Below, one piece after another: positions 28,015 to 37,386 of a stretch of 64,000 bases of DNA (positions are counted from its first letter, which is position 1; every line of letters begins with the position of its first letter). Location of the stretch: IMG/VR virus record IMGVR_UViG_2582581314_000001, positions 1 to 64,000 of that record; one strand, written 5' to 3'. This stretch comes from a virus (Duplodnaviria; Caudoviricetes). The position numbers and the translations under genes are program-made. The notes below the pieces were generated by a model, which was given only the letters and a program-made list of their open reading frames with translations, did no database searches and had not been told where the DNA came from.

Positions 28015-28110
28015 TCAGTCGCTGTCCGTGTGCAGGGTCTCGGTCCAGTTCACGAGGAAGTCCGCCGTGGCGGTGACCCCGTTGAAGATCAGGGAGCCGT
28101 CGAGCTGGGC
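28015..28110 (-). pseudogene. Relic 3' end of a paralog of the 28614..29549 gene
   Basis: Translates QLDGSLIFNGVTATADFLVNWTETLHTDSD* versus ALDGSLLFTGTAAGADFLVHWTEHIYTDGD*; no start. Confidence 0.7.
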
Positions 28111-28139
28111 GTGAGTCGGGCTGCCGGAGCCGACCGCCC

Positions 28140-28610
28140 TCACGCGACGCGCTCCCACCGAAGTGTGGTGCGCCCGTTGCCGTCGGACTGGACACGGGCC
28201 ACGCTCGGCGCCGGGCCGCTGTAGTTCTTCACGGCCTGGAGGCGGACGAGCCGGGGGCCCGGGACCGTGTACGGGACGAGGATCGGCCCATGCTGGTTGA
28301 CGCCCTGAGTGATGACCGGCGTGGCAGTGGAAACGCTCAAGTCGAGCTGCTGGACGAGCAGCTCGGAGTCAGGCACGACCGCGCCCGCCGTGACGTCGAA
28401 CAGTCGGGCGCCGATCCACGCATTGGTGCCGTCCGCAGTGGTCAGCACGGAGCGCACGTTCGCGTCGAGGTGGTAGGTGCCGGCGACCGGCAACGTCACC
28501 TGGAGTCCCGTGTTCGCCCACGCCCCGCTCGCGGTGTCCGTCAGGTCAACAAGGGCGGGCAGCTCGGCGTAGCCGTGCCCCCTGATTTGCAGGCTGCTGG
28601 AGGTCCCCAT
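28140..28610 (-). CDS. Beta-rich virion-associated protein
   Basis: LPVAGTYHLDANVR...SDGNGRT; lies within the structural operon. Confidence 0.65.
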   Translation of the reverse strand: MGTSSSLQIRGHGYAELPALVDLTDTASGAWANTGLQVTLPVAGTYHLDANVRSVLTTADGTNAWIGARLFDVTAGAVVPDSELLVQQLDLSVSTATPVITQGVNQHGPILVPYTVPGPRLVRLQAVKNYSGPAPSVARVQSDGNGRTTLRWERVA

Positions 28611-28613
28611 GGC

Positions 28614-29549
28614 TCAGTCCCCGTCCGTGTAGATGTGCTCGGTCCAGTGGACGAGGAAGTCGGCGCCTGCGGCCGTGCCGGTGAAGAGCAGGCTGCCGTC
28701 CAGCGCGAGGTCATAGGAGTCCCCGTCGACGCCCCACGACAGCGTCACCCCTGCTGGCACGGTGACATCGTCTCCGAACGCGGTCGGCGCTCCCCCGTTA
28801 CGGGAGCCGGAGCCTGCCGCCTGGACTCGCACCGCGCCCGCCAGGACGGTGAGCGTCACGGCCTGGATGTCCGCGGCAAAGGTGTCGACATTGCCGCTCG
28901 TCTCTGTGCCGGTGAACCGCTTGATGCGCGGCCGTACCCGCTGCGTCGGCGTGACCCGGGCGTTGGGGGTGACCTGGACGGTGCACTCCACGATCTGGTC
29001 TGGGTTCGGGGCGGGCACTGTGGCGCCGGCATTGTTGGTCCACCGGATGCTGGTGGTGCCGTCGCAGTCCACTTCGGTGATGCGGCGGTAGAAGGTGTCG
29101 GGGACTACGACGTCGACCGGGGCGAAAGTGATCGTCTCGCCGGTGTCGTTGTCCACGGCGGTGAGGGTGCCGTACTTCGTTCCCGTGGGCGGGAGCGCCC
29201 TCGAGCGGATGTGGTAGGCGCACGCCTCCGACACGGTCGTCGTCCATCCGCCCGCGAACGGGTCCCACGTGTTCATGATGGCGGCCAGGTCGGACAGGAA
29301 CGGCGTGCCGCAATAGTCCATGCCGTCGTTGAACGGGGCGGGGATGACGTTCCGGCCGTTGATGATCCACGACGTGAACTTGAGGTTCGGACGGTCGCAG
29401 ACCCCGGCCGGGGCGCCGTTGATGGACGACACACCGCACGGCGTCGTGCCGGAGTTGTCGTAGGACACGTACCGGTAGCCGGGGATCTTCCAGCATTCGG
29501 TGCTCAGGGTCTGGGGGCAGTCGCCGACTTGACCTGCGGTGCCGCTCAT
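28614..29549 (-). CDS. Virion-associated protein with the shared C-terminal beta domain
   Basis: C-terminal VTLTV...VPAG..LSWGV..D..LDG.L...V.WTE. Confidence 0.65.
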   Translation of the reverse strand: MSGTAGQVGDCPQTLSTECWKIPGYRYVSYDNSGTTPCGVSSINGAPAGVCDRPNLKFTSWIINGRNVIPAPFNDGMDYCGTPFLSDLAAIMNTWDPFAGGWTTTVSEACAYHIRSRALPPTGTKYGTLTAVDNDTGETITFAPVDVVVPDTFYRRITEVDCDGTTSIRWTNNAGATVPAPNPDQIVECTVQVTPNARVTPTQRVRPRIKRFTGTETSGNVDTFAADIQAVTLTVLAGAVRVQAAGSGSRNGGAPTAFGDDVTVPAGVTLSWGVDGDSYDLALDGSLLFTGTAAGADFLVHWTEHIYTDGD

Positions 29550-29598
29550 CAGTTCTCCGTTCCGTAGGGATTCGCAGGGGGCCCGGTGCGGGCGACCG

Positions 29599-29639
29599 CC
29601 TGCCTCCCGCGAGGGCCGTCAGGCATCCCGCGGGAGGCG
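29599..29639 (-). terminator. Intergenic hairpin
   Basis: gcctcccgcg...cgcgggaggc. Confidence 0.45.
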
Positions 29640-29647
29640 TGGGGCTG

Positions 29648-30298
29648 TTACGGCTGGGCGGTCCAAAGGACCTGCCACGTCGCCGTGGCCGGGTCGCCGT
29701 CGATGGTGATCGTTCCGGTGAGTCCGGAGTCGACCGCGTCGCCGTCGACACCCCACGTGAGGGAGCTGCCGGCCGGGACGGTGAGGGTGCCGTCGGCGGT
29801 TGTGACCGTGACGGTGCCGTTGTAGACGAGCAGGGTCACGGACTGCGTGCCCGCGTTCGCGGCCAGGTCCCAGTTCGTGTTCTGCGTGCCGTGCGGGGTC
29901 ACGGTCTTCGGCGGGGCGGTGAGCGGGCACTGGCCGACGGTTCCGGCTGGGGTGTAGGCGGTGACCGCGTCCAGGGTGGTGTCGGTGACGGTCACCGTGC
30001 CGTCTTCGGCGATCGCCAGACGGCGCAGGAACGGCGTCACGGTGCCGTCGGCGGCAACGTCGCACAGTTCGATGACCTCGTAGTCGGTCACCTCGGCCGG
30101 GCACACGCCGACGGTGCCCGCCGGGGTGTACGCGGTGATGCCGTCGAGGGCGGTGTCGGCCACGGTCGTGTTGCCGGTGCTGTCGACGGACACGCGACGC
30201 AGGAACGGGGTAGGGGTGCCGTCGGCGGCGACGTCACAGAGGAGTTCGAACTCGCGATCCGGGGCGCTCGTCGAGATGCTTCCACCGGTACCAGACAT
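29648..30298 (-). CDS. Repeat protein (2x LCDVAADGT.TPFLRR...AYTPAGTVG.C) plus C-terminal beta domain
   Basis: Internal tandem repeat; AGGAG RBS. Confidence 0.75.
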   Translation of the reverse strand: MSGTGGSISTSAPDREFELLCDVAADGTPTPFLRRVSVDSTGNTTVADTALDGITAYTPAGTVGVCPAEVTDYEVIELCDVAADGTVTPFLRRLAIAEDGTVTVTDTTLDAVTAYTPAGTVGQCPLTAPPKTVTPHGTQNTNWDLAANAGTQSVTLLVYNGTVTVTTADGTLTVPAGSSLTWGVDGDAVDSGLTGTITIDGDPATATWQVLWTAQP

Positions 30299-30334
30299 GG
30301 CTCTCCTTGGAGGATGGTCGAAACAGGGGGCGGG

Positions 30335-30889
30335 TCAGGGGCGTTCGGTCCACGAGACGGCGACGATGTCCCCGGCGGTGGTCTCCACGGAGAGCGGGCC
30401 GGTGAGCTCGTCGGAGCCCGCGGCGACATCGGGGAGCGCCGACCATGTGACGGACTCCCCGCCGTACAGGCGGGAGGTGCCGGAGGCGGTCGTCACCGAT
30501 GGGCCTTCGGTGCCGGTGGCGATGACGGTCACGGTGACCGACTCGACGGTCCCGGCCGCCGTGGCGAATACGTCGAACGACTGGGCGCTGTCGAGGACTT
30601 GGCGGTGGCTGCTGGCCGTCTGGGTGGTGACCGGCGGCGTGGTCGTATCGCTGCTGGCATCGCAGACGGTCACGGTCCCGGCCGGGGTGTAGGCGGTGAC
30701 GCCGTCGAGGGCGAGGTCTGCTGTGGCGCTCAGCGTGCCGTCGGCGGCGTGCGTGAAGCGGCGCAGGAAGGGCGTTGAGGTGCCGTCGGCGGCGACGTCG
30801 CACAGCGTCACGTACTCGACGTCCATGCTCGGCGCGGTGGTGCTTCCGTTGCCGTTGCCGACGAGAATCGGCCCGCAGCATCCGCTCAT
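30335..30889 (-). CDS. Repeat protein (1x LCD repeat) plus C-terminal beta domain
   Basis: MSGCCGP start overlapping the upstream stop. Confidence 0.75.
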   Translation of the reverse strand: MSGCCGPILVGNGNGSTTAPSMDVEYVTLCDVAADGTSTPFLRRFTHAADGTLSATADLALDGVTAYTPAGTVTVCDASSDTTTPPVTTQTASSHRQVLDSAQSFDVFATAAGTVESVTVTVIATGTEGPSVTTASGTSRLYGGESVTWSALPDVAAGSDELTGPLSVETTAGDIVAVSWTERP

Positions 30890-33390
30890 AGCGTGGCTCC
30901 CGTGGTGAAGGTGATGGTGACGGTCCCGGTGCCGGCGCTGATCGTGAGCGGTCCGGTCAGGAGGGCGTCGGAGTCTCGGACGACGCTCCAGGACGCGGCA
31001 TCGCCGTCGTGCAGCGTGCTGGCGCCATCGGCGGTGGTGATGGTCCCGGTGCCACCGAATGCGGTGGCCGTGACGGCTTGCAGCGTCGGATAGGTGGCGG
31101 CGGACCAGGTGGCCCCCGGGTTGAGCTGGACACGGCGGGCCTGCGCGCCGGTGGCCGCGTCTGCGCCCCCTGCGCCGGTCTCGCAGTCCACGGGGGCGAC
31201 TGGCGTGTATGGGGCGGAGAGGTCCGCGGTGTACGTGCCGAGGCTGGTGAGCGCTCCAGCGCAGTCGACAGCCAGCAACTCGACGTAATCGGTGTCGGCG
31301 ATGCCGTCGCCGTCGGTGTCGTCGCAGCGGCATGCCTCAAGTACGTTCTGTGCCGGGCAGGGCTGCTCCGGGCAGCAGGAGCCGCCGGAGCCCCCGCAGG
31401 CCATGTAGCCGTCCGGGAGGCCGCCCTCGTACCGGTTGCCGTCCGGGTCGATGAACGTAGTGGTGCCGCAGTCGCGGTGCTCGACCGTCCAGTATTCCGG
31501 TACGCCCGGCACGCGGTAGGTGAGAGTGACGTCGAGCAGGACACCACCGTTGCTGCCAGGGCCGGCCTCGGTCACGCGGATGGCAAGGAGGTTGGAGCCC
31601 CGCACAGCGCCGGCGATGCGGTGTTCGGCCTCTCTGTAGGGCGGCTTGTTGAACCATGTCGCCGCCTGCGGGTTGGTCAGCGTCTCCGCCGCGCCGTTGA
31701 GGGCGTAGCCCGGCACGGAGTTGTCGGCGTTGAGCGTGTCGATCTTGATTGTGGTGGCGTCCAGGACCGCATCGTCCGGCAGCTCGAACGCCGTGACCAT
31801 GTAGTAGTCGACCGGGGCTCCCGGGGGCAGCGGCGTGGTCAGCGTGCTCGGGGTCAGGGACACCCAGCCGCCGCCGGGGGGACGCGGAGTCGTCCAAGCC
31901 GCCGGTCCGGCAACGTCGTAGACGGGGCGGCCTCCGGCCTGGGTCATTCCCCAGGTCCAGGCCGGGTCTACGCGCCCGCTGGTGTTGTTGCCGGGGTTGG
32001 AGACCACCCGCTGGGAAGTCGGCAGGAGTGGGGTGACGCAGACGGTTTCCCGTGCGGTCTTGCAGCACTCGCCGAGGCGCGTGCCTGCCGGCAGCGTGTA
32101 CGGGTCGCCGGTCATCGCATCGACGAGCCGCGTCGTGATCGCCTCGCCGTTGCCGCCGTAGACCGTCTCGCGGCGGACGCGAGCGACCGTGACGCCGCTG
32201 GCGTCGTCCACGACGCACAGGGGCCAGGACTCCACATCTGCCGTCTCGGGCTCAAGGCAGACGCCCACGGTGCCGGTCGGCGTGTACGGCTGGCCGTCCA
32301 GCGTGTAGTCGGTGTGCCCGGTGATCTCACCGCTCGCCGCATCCCGCCGGTAGTCCCGCACGAAGCTGGTGACCGTGCCGTCCGCCGCGGTGTCGCACAG
32401 GACGGTGAGGTCCTGCTCGGGCTGCTCGTCGGCGTCGGCGGGGCAGTGCCGTAGCTCGCCCTGGAGGGTGTACGTGTTGCCGGTGGCCGGGTCGACCAGG
32501 CGCACGGAGGCGAGGGAGCCGTCCGGGTTGTACGCGTACTCGACGAGGACCAGGCCGAGGACGTCCCCGCTGGCCGGGTCGACGTCGCAGAGGAGCCCGG
32601 CGAGCTCGAACGCGCGGGAGTCGCCGCATGCCATCGCGCCGGCCGGGGGTGGGCCGCTGGTGTAGGCGCCGGTGGTGAGGTTGAGCCATCCGTCCTGGGT
32701 GACGGTGCCAGCGCAGTCCCGGGTGATGAGGACGGCGAGCGGAGTGCCGTCCGGCAGGCACAGGCCGAGCGTGGCGGCCGGGGTGGTGACCGCCTCACAC
32801 GGCGCCTCCGGGTTGCCGTCCCCGGCGCACGTACGAACGGTGCCGTTCACCGTGTGCGGGGTGACGCCGTCCAGCTCGAAGTCGTCGAACGAGGCCGTCC
32901 CGTTGAGCCACGTGTAACGGCGCAGGAACGGCCCCGCGTCGTCGCAGAGGGTCAGCGTCTCCGTCTCAGTGCACCCGTACTCGCAGTCCACCGGCGCGGT
33001 CGGCGTGTACGGGGCGGCCGGGTCGTCCTGGTAGGTGAGGAGGAGCTCGGCGCTGCCGTCCGCACGGATGCACCACAGCTCGCTGTATGTCTGGTCGGCT
33101 GCACCGTCCCCGTCGGTGTCGTCGCAGCGCTGCACGCAGATCGTGTCGGCGCACCCGGTGTCACAGGAGCCCGTGTCAGCCGGGGCCGGGCCGGGCGTGA
33201 ACTGGCCGGTGAGGAGGTTGATCCAGCCTTCGGAGGTGATGGTCCCGGCGCAGTCCCGGACGACGGTCACCGCGATGGGGGTCCCGTCGGTCAGGCACAG
33301 GCCCACTGTCGCGACCGGCTGAGTCGGCGACTGGCAAGTCTCATTCCCTGGGCCGCAGTTGCAGTTGGTGAAGTTTCCGCCGACGGCCAC
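30886..33390 (-). CDS. Large Cys-rich mosaic repeat protein (capsid fibre/decoration-like)
   Basis: 834 aa; repeats LCL.DGTP..V..RDC.G, CDDTDGDG.AD, LCD...; jelly-roll-like insert (ADNS...LNG...N.L.IRV). Confidence 0.75.
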   Translation of the reverse strand: MAVGGNFTNCNCGPGNETCQSPTQPVATVGLCLTDGTPIAVTVVRDCAGTITSEGWINLLTGQFTPGPAPADTGSCDTGCADTICVQRCDDTDGDGAADQTYSELWCIRADGSAELLLTYQDDPAAPYTPTAPVDCEYGCTETETLTLCDDAGPFLRRYTWLNGTASFDDFELDGVTPHTVNGTVRTCAGDGNPEAPCEAVTTPAATLGLCLPDGTPLAVLITRDCAGTVTQDGWLNLTTGAYTSGPPPAGAMACGDSRAFELAGLLCDVDPASGDVLGLVLVEYAYNPDGSLASVRLVDPATGNTYTLQGELRHCPADADEQPEQDLTVLCDTAADGTVTSFVRDYRRDAASGEITGHTDYTLDGQPYTPTGTVGVCLEPETADVESWPLCVVDDASGVTVARVRRETVYGGNGEAITTRLVDAMTGDPYTLPAGTRLGECCKTARETVCVTPLLPTSQRVVSNPGNNTSGRVDPAWTWGMTQAGGRPVYDVAGPAAWTTPRPPGGGWVSLTPSTLTTPLPPGAPVDYYMVTAFELPDDAVLDATTIKIDTLNADNSVPGYALNGAAETLTNPQAATWFNKPPYREAEHRIAGAVRGSNLLAIRVTEAGPGSNGGVLLDVTLTYRVPGVPEYWTVEHRDCGTTTFIDPDGNRYEGGLPDGYMACGGSGGSCCPEQPCPAQNVLEACRCDDTDGDGIADTDYVELLAVDCAGALTSLGTYTADLSAPYTPVAPVDCETGAGGADAATGAQARRVQLNPGATWSAATYPTLQAVTATAFGGTGTITTADGASTLHDGDAASWSVVRDSDALLTGPLTISAGTGTVTITFTTGATL

Positions 33391-33409
33391 TAGTTCTCTC
33401 CGCTCATCG

Positions 33410-33964
33410 TCACGACGTGCCGCCTTGGTCGCAGGGGGCCAGGAAGTTGATGTATGCCGCCGCTCCGTCGAGGACCTGCACCGTGAACGGCGTGCACAGG
33501 ATCCCGGGGGCGCATCCGCCCGGCGGCGCGGACCAGCTCAGGCCCGTCCCGCATTCGTTGATCTGCGTCTCATTGCCGGCACAGTCCGTGATGATCACGG
33601 GCCCGCACGCGACCTGGACCGAGACGGACTCCGCGCCCTCGGGCATGGCCCAGGTCTCCGGCCCGGACAGGCCGAGGAGTTGAGGACACATCGGGGTGGG
33701 ATCGCACTGGTCGCACGCCCCGGCCCCCGCCGGGGGCGCCCCCGGCGTGAACGCTCCCTTGGTGAGGTCCACCCAGCCGGTGACGGCAGGCTGCGCGGCC
33801 GCGGTACCGCACTCGACGCACGCACCCTCGATCAGGACAGTGATCGGGGTTCCGTCCTGAAGGCACAGAGGCTGAGAGGTCAGCGACGGAGCACAGCACG
33901 TCCTCACCTCAACCGGTTCACCGCCGCCCCCGCAGGGCGTGCACGGGGCAGGCTCAAGGGCCAT
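33410..33964 (-). CDS. Cys-rich protein sharing the LCL.DGTP module
   Basis: PLCLQDGTPI...GWVDLT.G.FTPG.PP. Confidence 0.7.
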   Translation of the reverse strand: MALEPAPCTPCGGGGEPVEVRTCCAPSLTSQPLCLQDGTPITVLIEGACVECGTAAAQPAVTGWVDLTKGAFTPGAPPAGAGACDQCDPTPMCPQLLGLSGPETWAMPEGAESVSVQVACGPVIITDCAGNETQINECGTGLSWSAPPGGCAPGILCTPFTVQVLDGAAAYINFLAPCDQGGTS

Positions 33965-33967
33965 CGT

Positions 33968-34495
33968 TCATGCCTCCCGGTGCACTTGACGGTGATGGGC
34001 GTCCCTGCCGCGTGACGTGGTGAACGTGCGCGTGCACAGACGGCAGGCGTACGGCGGGCCCGGCTGGCTGGTCGGGCCGCTGCTGTCACCTCCGGCAGCA
34101 ACATCCGCGGCGGCCTGGACGACGGTCACCACTGCATCCACGACGGCCGGGACCGGTTCGGCGGCACCTTCCAGCCAGGCACCGTCTGCCTGCTTGCCGC
34201 CTGCGGCGTCGAGTAGGACGGCGTCCGGCCCGTACGCGGAGTCCGGTACGGGCGGCAGCGGCTCCCCGGGCACGGACGTCAGCCACTCCGGCCTCTCGTC
34301 CTCCACCGGCGAGACGTACCGGTGGCCGTCCACGAGGGAGCCGATGAGGAGGCGCTCCGGCATGTGCGTGAACAGGAGCGCAGGCACCGCGAAGTCCGTG
34401 GTGGAGCACGTGCGGACCTTCGGCCTCTGGGCGACCGCCCACCGGGCGAAGTCCACACGCAGGGCCCGTGCCGGCTGAACGGTAATCAGGTTCAC
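33968..34495 (-). CDS. Hypothetical protein with a C-terminal C2H2 zinc finger
   Basis: YACRLCTRTFTTSRGRDAHHRQVH. Confidence 0.65.
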   Translation of the reverse strand: MNLITVQPARALRVDFARWAVAQRPKVRTCSTTDFAVPALLFTHMPERLLIGSLVDGHRYVSPVEDERPEWLTSVPGEPLPPVPDSAYGPDAVLLDAAGGKQADGAWLEGAAEPVPAVVDAVVTVVQAAADVAAGGDSSGPTSQPGPPYACRLCTRTFTTSRGRDAHHRQVHREA

Positions 34496-35319
34496 GGGCA
34501 CAGCACCACCCGGATCGCTGCGGCCTCGCAGCACGCGACCTCGACCACGAACGACCGCTCGGCCAGAACGAACCGGTCGTTGGTGGTGATCCGGAAGCTC
34601 TCTTTATCCGTCTCCGGGACGACCTGCGGGGCCTCGCGCCTGATACGGATCGGGCCGGTGATGTACAGCCACGCCTCACCCGCGGGGGCCTGCGTGCAGT
34701 CCGGCGGCCCGACGTTCAAGGAGTAGCCGCTACCCATGATCACGCAGTTGCCCATGAGGGTCCGGGGAACACCGTCCTCCATGTGGACGACGTTGCAGCA
34801 GCCCAGCAACGCGGCGGCGCCGGCCGGGACGTGGAGGATGCCCTGCCCGCCGTAGTTCTCCGCGAGCCACCCCTCAAGGGCGGCCACACCCTGCGCGATG
34901 GACACGGCGCCCGCGGTGGGAGTGAGGTCGGCGGCCATGGGACAGAGCACATCCCGCGCAAACCACTCCTCCAGTGCGCGCTGCTCCCCCATGCGCAGCG
35001 TCTCGCGGGCGTGCTGGACCGCCTCCTCATACGGCCAGCCGACCGTGGAGCAGGTAGCCCCGGCGTAGATGGTGATCGGCGAGGCAGAGCACACGCCGGG
35101 CCGCTCGAACACCTTGGCCGTCGGCCCCGGGGTGGTGCTGTCCTCCGGGCACCACTCCCAGTCATGCGCGGCGGCACACGAGAGCGGCATCCACTCCGTG
35201 CCAAGGAGGTCGTGCACGTCCTCCACGTCGATGATGTCGACGCAGCCGCCGAGAATGCCGTGGGGCAACGGGGTGCCCGGGACGGCATCAACGCGCTTAC
35301 GGAGTCCGGCTGATGGCAT
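34492..35319 (-). CDS. Capsid-associated protein following the MCP
   Basis: Position; EQRALE, G.LHVP, TND..VLAER. Confidence 0.65.
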   Translation of the reverse strand: MPSAGLRKRVDAVPGTPLPHGILGGCVDIIDVEDVHDLLGTEWMPLSCAAAHDWEWCPEDSTTPGPTAKVFERPGVCSASPITIYAGATCSTVGWPYEEAVQHARETLRMGEQRALEEWFARDVLCPMAADLTPTAGAVSIAQGVAALEGWLAENYGGQGILHVPAGAAALLGCCNVVHMEDGVPRTLMGNCVIMGSGYSLNVGPPDCTQAPAGEAWLYITGPIRIRREAPQVVPETDKESFRITTNDRFVLAERSFVVEVACCEAAAIRVVLCP

Positions 35320-35342
35320 CTGCCTCACCTCCTCTCATCCGG

Positions 35343-35374
35343 GCAGCTCCGGCCTGGCAGAAGGCCGGGGCTGC
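35343..35374 (-). terminator. Hairpin after the major capsid gene
   Basis: gcagctccggcct...aggccggggctgc. Confidence 0.55.
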
Positions 35375-35392
35375 GTGTCCGGGAGAAGGGGG

Positions 35393-37033
35393 TCAGCTGC
35401 TGCCGGCGGCGCAGACGAGCTCCAGCTGCGCGCCGGTAGCGCCGTCCGGGCAGACCGGGACAGTGACGATGCGGGTGTCCACCGAGCGGTCGACGAGGGC
35501 GGAGCATTCCTCCGCGAAGAGAGCCGTGTAGTCGTTGGTGACGAACTTCGTACTGTCGTGCACGACGCCGAGGTTGACCTCCTCGCCGCGACCGATCTGG
35601 AGGGTGCCGGACGGGTACATGAGGAACCGCACCGCGGCGGGCCAGTCGACGGCTACGTTGGCGCCGCCGATCTCGTCCGGGACAGCCGGGGACAGGCCGC
35701 GTGCGAACTGCACGCGCACCCCGAGCGTGCTGAACACGTCCTGGATGCAGGTCGGGCTCAGGTCACAGATGTTGACGCCGTTCTGCCGCGCCAGGTCGGA
35801 CAGGAACAGGTTCCGCGACCACCAGGGGAACACGACCTCCAGGGCCGTGGTCTCGCAGAGGCTGTGCCGCTCGATGACGTCGGCGGCCTGGAGGGCGACC
35901 GCGCCGTAGATTGCGGACAGGGCGCCGAACGTCGGCGCGAGCACGACCGGGGTCGCGGTGTTCAGGGCCTGCTGGAACAGGACCTGCTTCACCCGGATCT
36001 CGTGGGCGACCATGGCGTTGCGGAGGTACCAGGCCACCAGCTCCGGGAAGTGGCGCTGCGTCAGGATGCCCGCCTCCAGACACACACCGATGGCGTCGCA
36101 GCGGACCTCTACCGGGTCCGGGCACGGGATGCGGAAGCAGGGCTTCGTCGCGCCGGAGATGTCGTCGGCCTCGGTGTGGACCCACGTCATCGCGCCGACG
36201 TCCAGGGACAGCGGCTTGTAGTAGCGCAGGCCACCGCGAGCGAGCTGGATCTCGGGGGCGTCCCACAGCATGTCCGGGCAGGCCACGCCGGTGATGTCGT
36301 ACAGCGTCTCCGACGGGGCGCACCAGCCGCCGGAGGCGACGAGTTCACCCTGCGGGAGCCGCGCTTGGTTCTGCGCGGCGATCGCCACGGTGGTGCCCTC
36401 GGGCGCGGAGCTGGAGTCGGTGACGATCAGCTCGTCCGGGTACGGGTGCCGGTAGGAGATGACCTGGCCGGTGCCGCCACCGGCGGTCTTGAGGGCGTTG
36501 GCGCGGCTGATGATGCCGGTGACGACCTGCCCGAAGTCCAGCGGGGCGCCCGGGGTGTAGCCGGGGACGTCGACGGCCGCAGTGATGTGCGTGCCCGGGG
36601 CCGGCGGCTCGGGAAGGACGCGCGGCTGCACGGCTCGCACCGAGGCGAGGTTGAGGGCGGGGCGCCGCGCCAAGGACGCGGAGGCTGCCACGACCGGCTC
36701 CGGCTCCGAGGCGGCCTCCACCTCGGCCGGGACCTCCTCGGCGACGGGCTCCTCCACGGCCGGGGCCGCGTTCGGGTCGTCGCCGCGAACCTGCGCGGCC
36801 AGCTGCTCGATCTCCGCAGCGGCAGCCCTGGCGGCGGTGATGCGGTCGTTCTGCTCCGTACGCATGGCCTCAACACCGGAGGCAAGAGAGCGGAGTTCGT
36901 TGATGTCCTTCTCGGTGACGAGGCTGGACGTTGCCTTGGCATCGAAGGCCTGGACGGCGCCCGCAAGGGCCGCAGCAAGCTGCTCGTCGTCCAGGGACGT
37001 GAGGTCTTCGGGGAGCTCGAACGGCTCGGGCAT
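35393..37033 (-). CDS. Major capsid protein with N-terminal scaffold-like region
   Basis: LVASGGWCAPSE..YD, RGG, FPELVA, LGVVHDS...NDY; coiled N-terminus. Confidence 0.88.
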   Translation of the reverse strand: MPEPFELPEDLTSLDDEQLAAALAGAVQAFDAKATSSLVTEKDINELRSLASGVEAMRTEQNDRITAARAAAAEIEQLAAQVRGDDPNAAPAVEEPVAEEVPAEVEAASEPEPVVAASASLARRPALNLASVRAVQPRVLPEPPAPGTHITAAVDVPGYTPGAPLDFGQVVTGIISRANALKTAGGGTGQVISYRHPYPDELIVTDSSSAPEGTTVAIAAQNQARLPQGELVASGGWCAPSETLYDITGVACPDMLWDAPEIQLARGGLRYYKPLSLDVGAMTWVHTEADDISGATKPCFRIPCPDPVEVRCDAIGVCLEAGILTQRHFPELVAWYLRNAMVAHEIRVKQVLFQQALNTATPVVLAPTFGALSAIYGAVALQAADVIERHSLCETTALEVVFPWWSRNLFLSDLARQNGVNICDLSPTCIQDVFSTLGVRVQFARGLSPAVPDEIGGANVAVDWPAAVRFLMYPSGTLQIGRGEEVNLGVVHDSTKFVTNDYTALFAEECSALVDRSVDTRIVTVPVCPDGATGAQLELVCAAGSS

Positions 37034-37061
37034 GACCGGTGTCTCCTGTGGGATCAAGGAG

Positions 37062-37095
37062 ACTCGGCCCTAAACCAGCAGTCGGAGGAATCTTA
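37062..37095 (-). promoter_or_regulatory. Late element copy 10: TAAGAT-N7-ACTGCTGGTTTAGGGCCGAGT
   Basis: Repeat family with two compensatory A-T/T-A pairs. Confidence 0.78.
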
Positions 37096-37149
37096 GCTGT
37101 TGAGGCGGCTGGCCTGGGGCGTCAAGGCCAGCCGCCTGTACTGCTGGTG

Positions 37150-37371
37150 TCAGGGTTTGGTGACGCTGTCGGTGTCGGTGGCTCCGAGCGGGCGGACGAC
37201 GCTGCTGGGGTAGTTCCCGGACACGCTGTCCGCGAGCGGCTTGTTGCTGGTGGTGAAGGCGACGCGGCCGTTACCGCCGTCGAGGACGACCTGATACGTC
37301 GTCTTGCTCGGACGGGCGGCGGACTGGACGCCGGCCGACCGTTTGCGGTTGCCGCCGCAGCCACATCCCAT
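37150..37371 (-). CDS. Small MGCGC-type protein
   Basis: AGGAAG RBS; MGCGCGG...YQVV. Confidence 0.65.
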   Translation of the reverse strand: MGCGCGGNRKRSAGVQSAARPSKTTYQVVLDGGNGRVAFTTSNKPLADSVSGNYPSSVVRPLGATDTDSVTKP

Positions 37372-37386
37372 GGGGCTCTTCCTTCC

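Noticed and set aside
29648-33390. Repeats as a diversity-generating retroelement TR/VR pair
   Set aside because: No reverse transcriptase is present, and the differences between repeats are not adenine-specific; they are protein domain repeats.
7311-37095. 21-nt repeats as a CRISPR array or known riboswitch
   Set aside because: The copies are dispersed kilobases apart with no spacers or cas genes, and are too short to match any aptamer I recognise.
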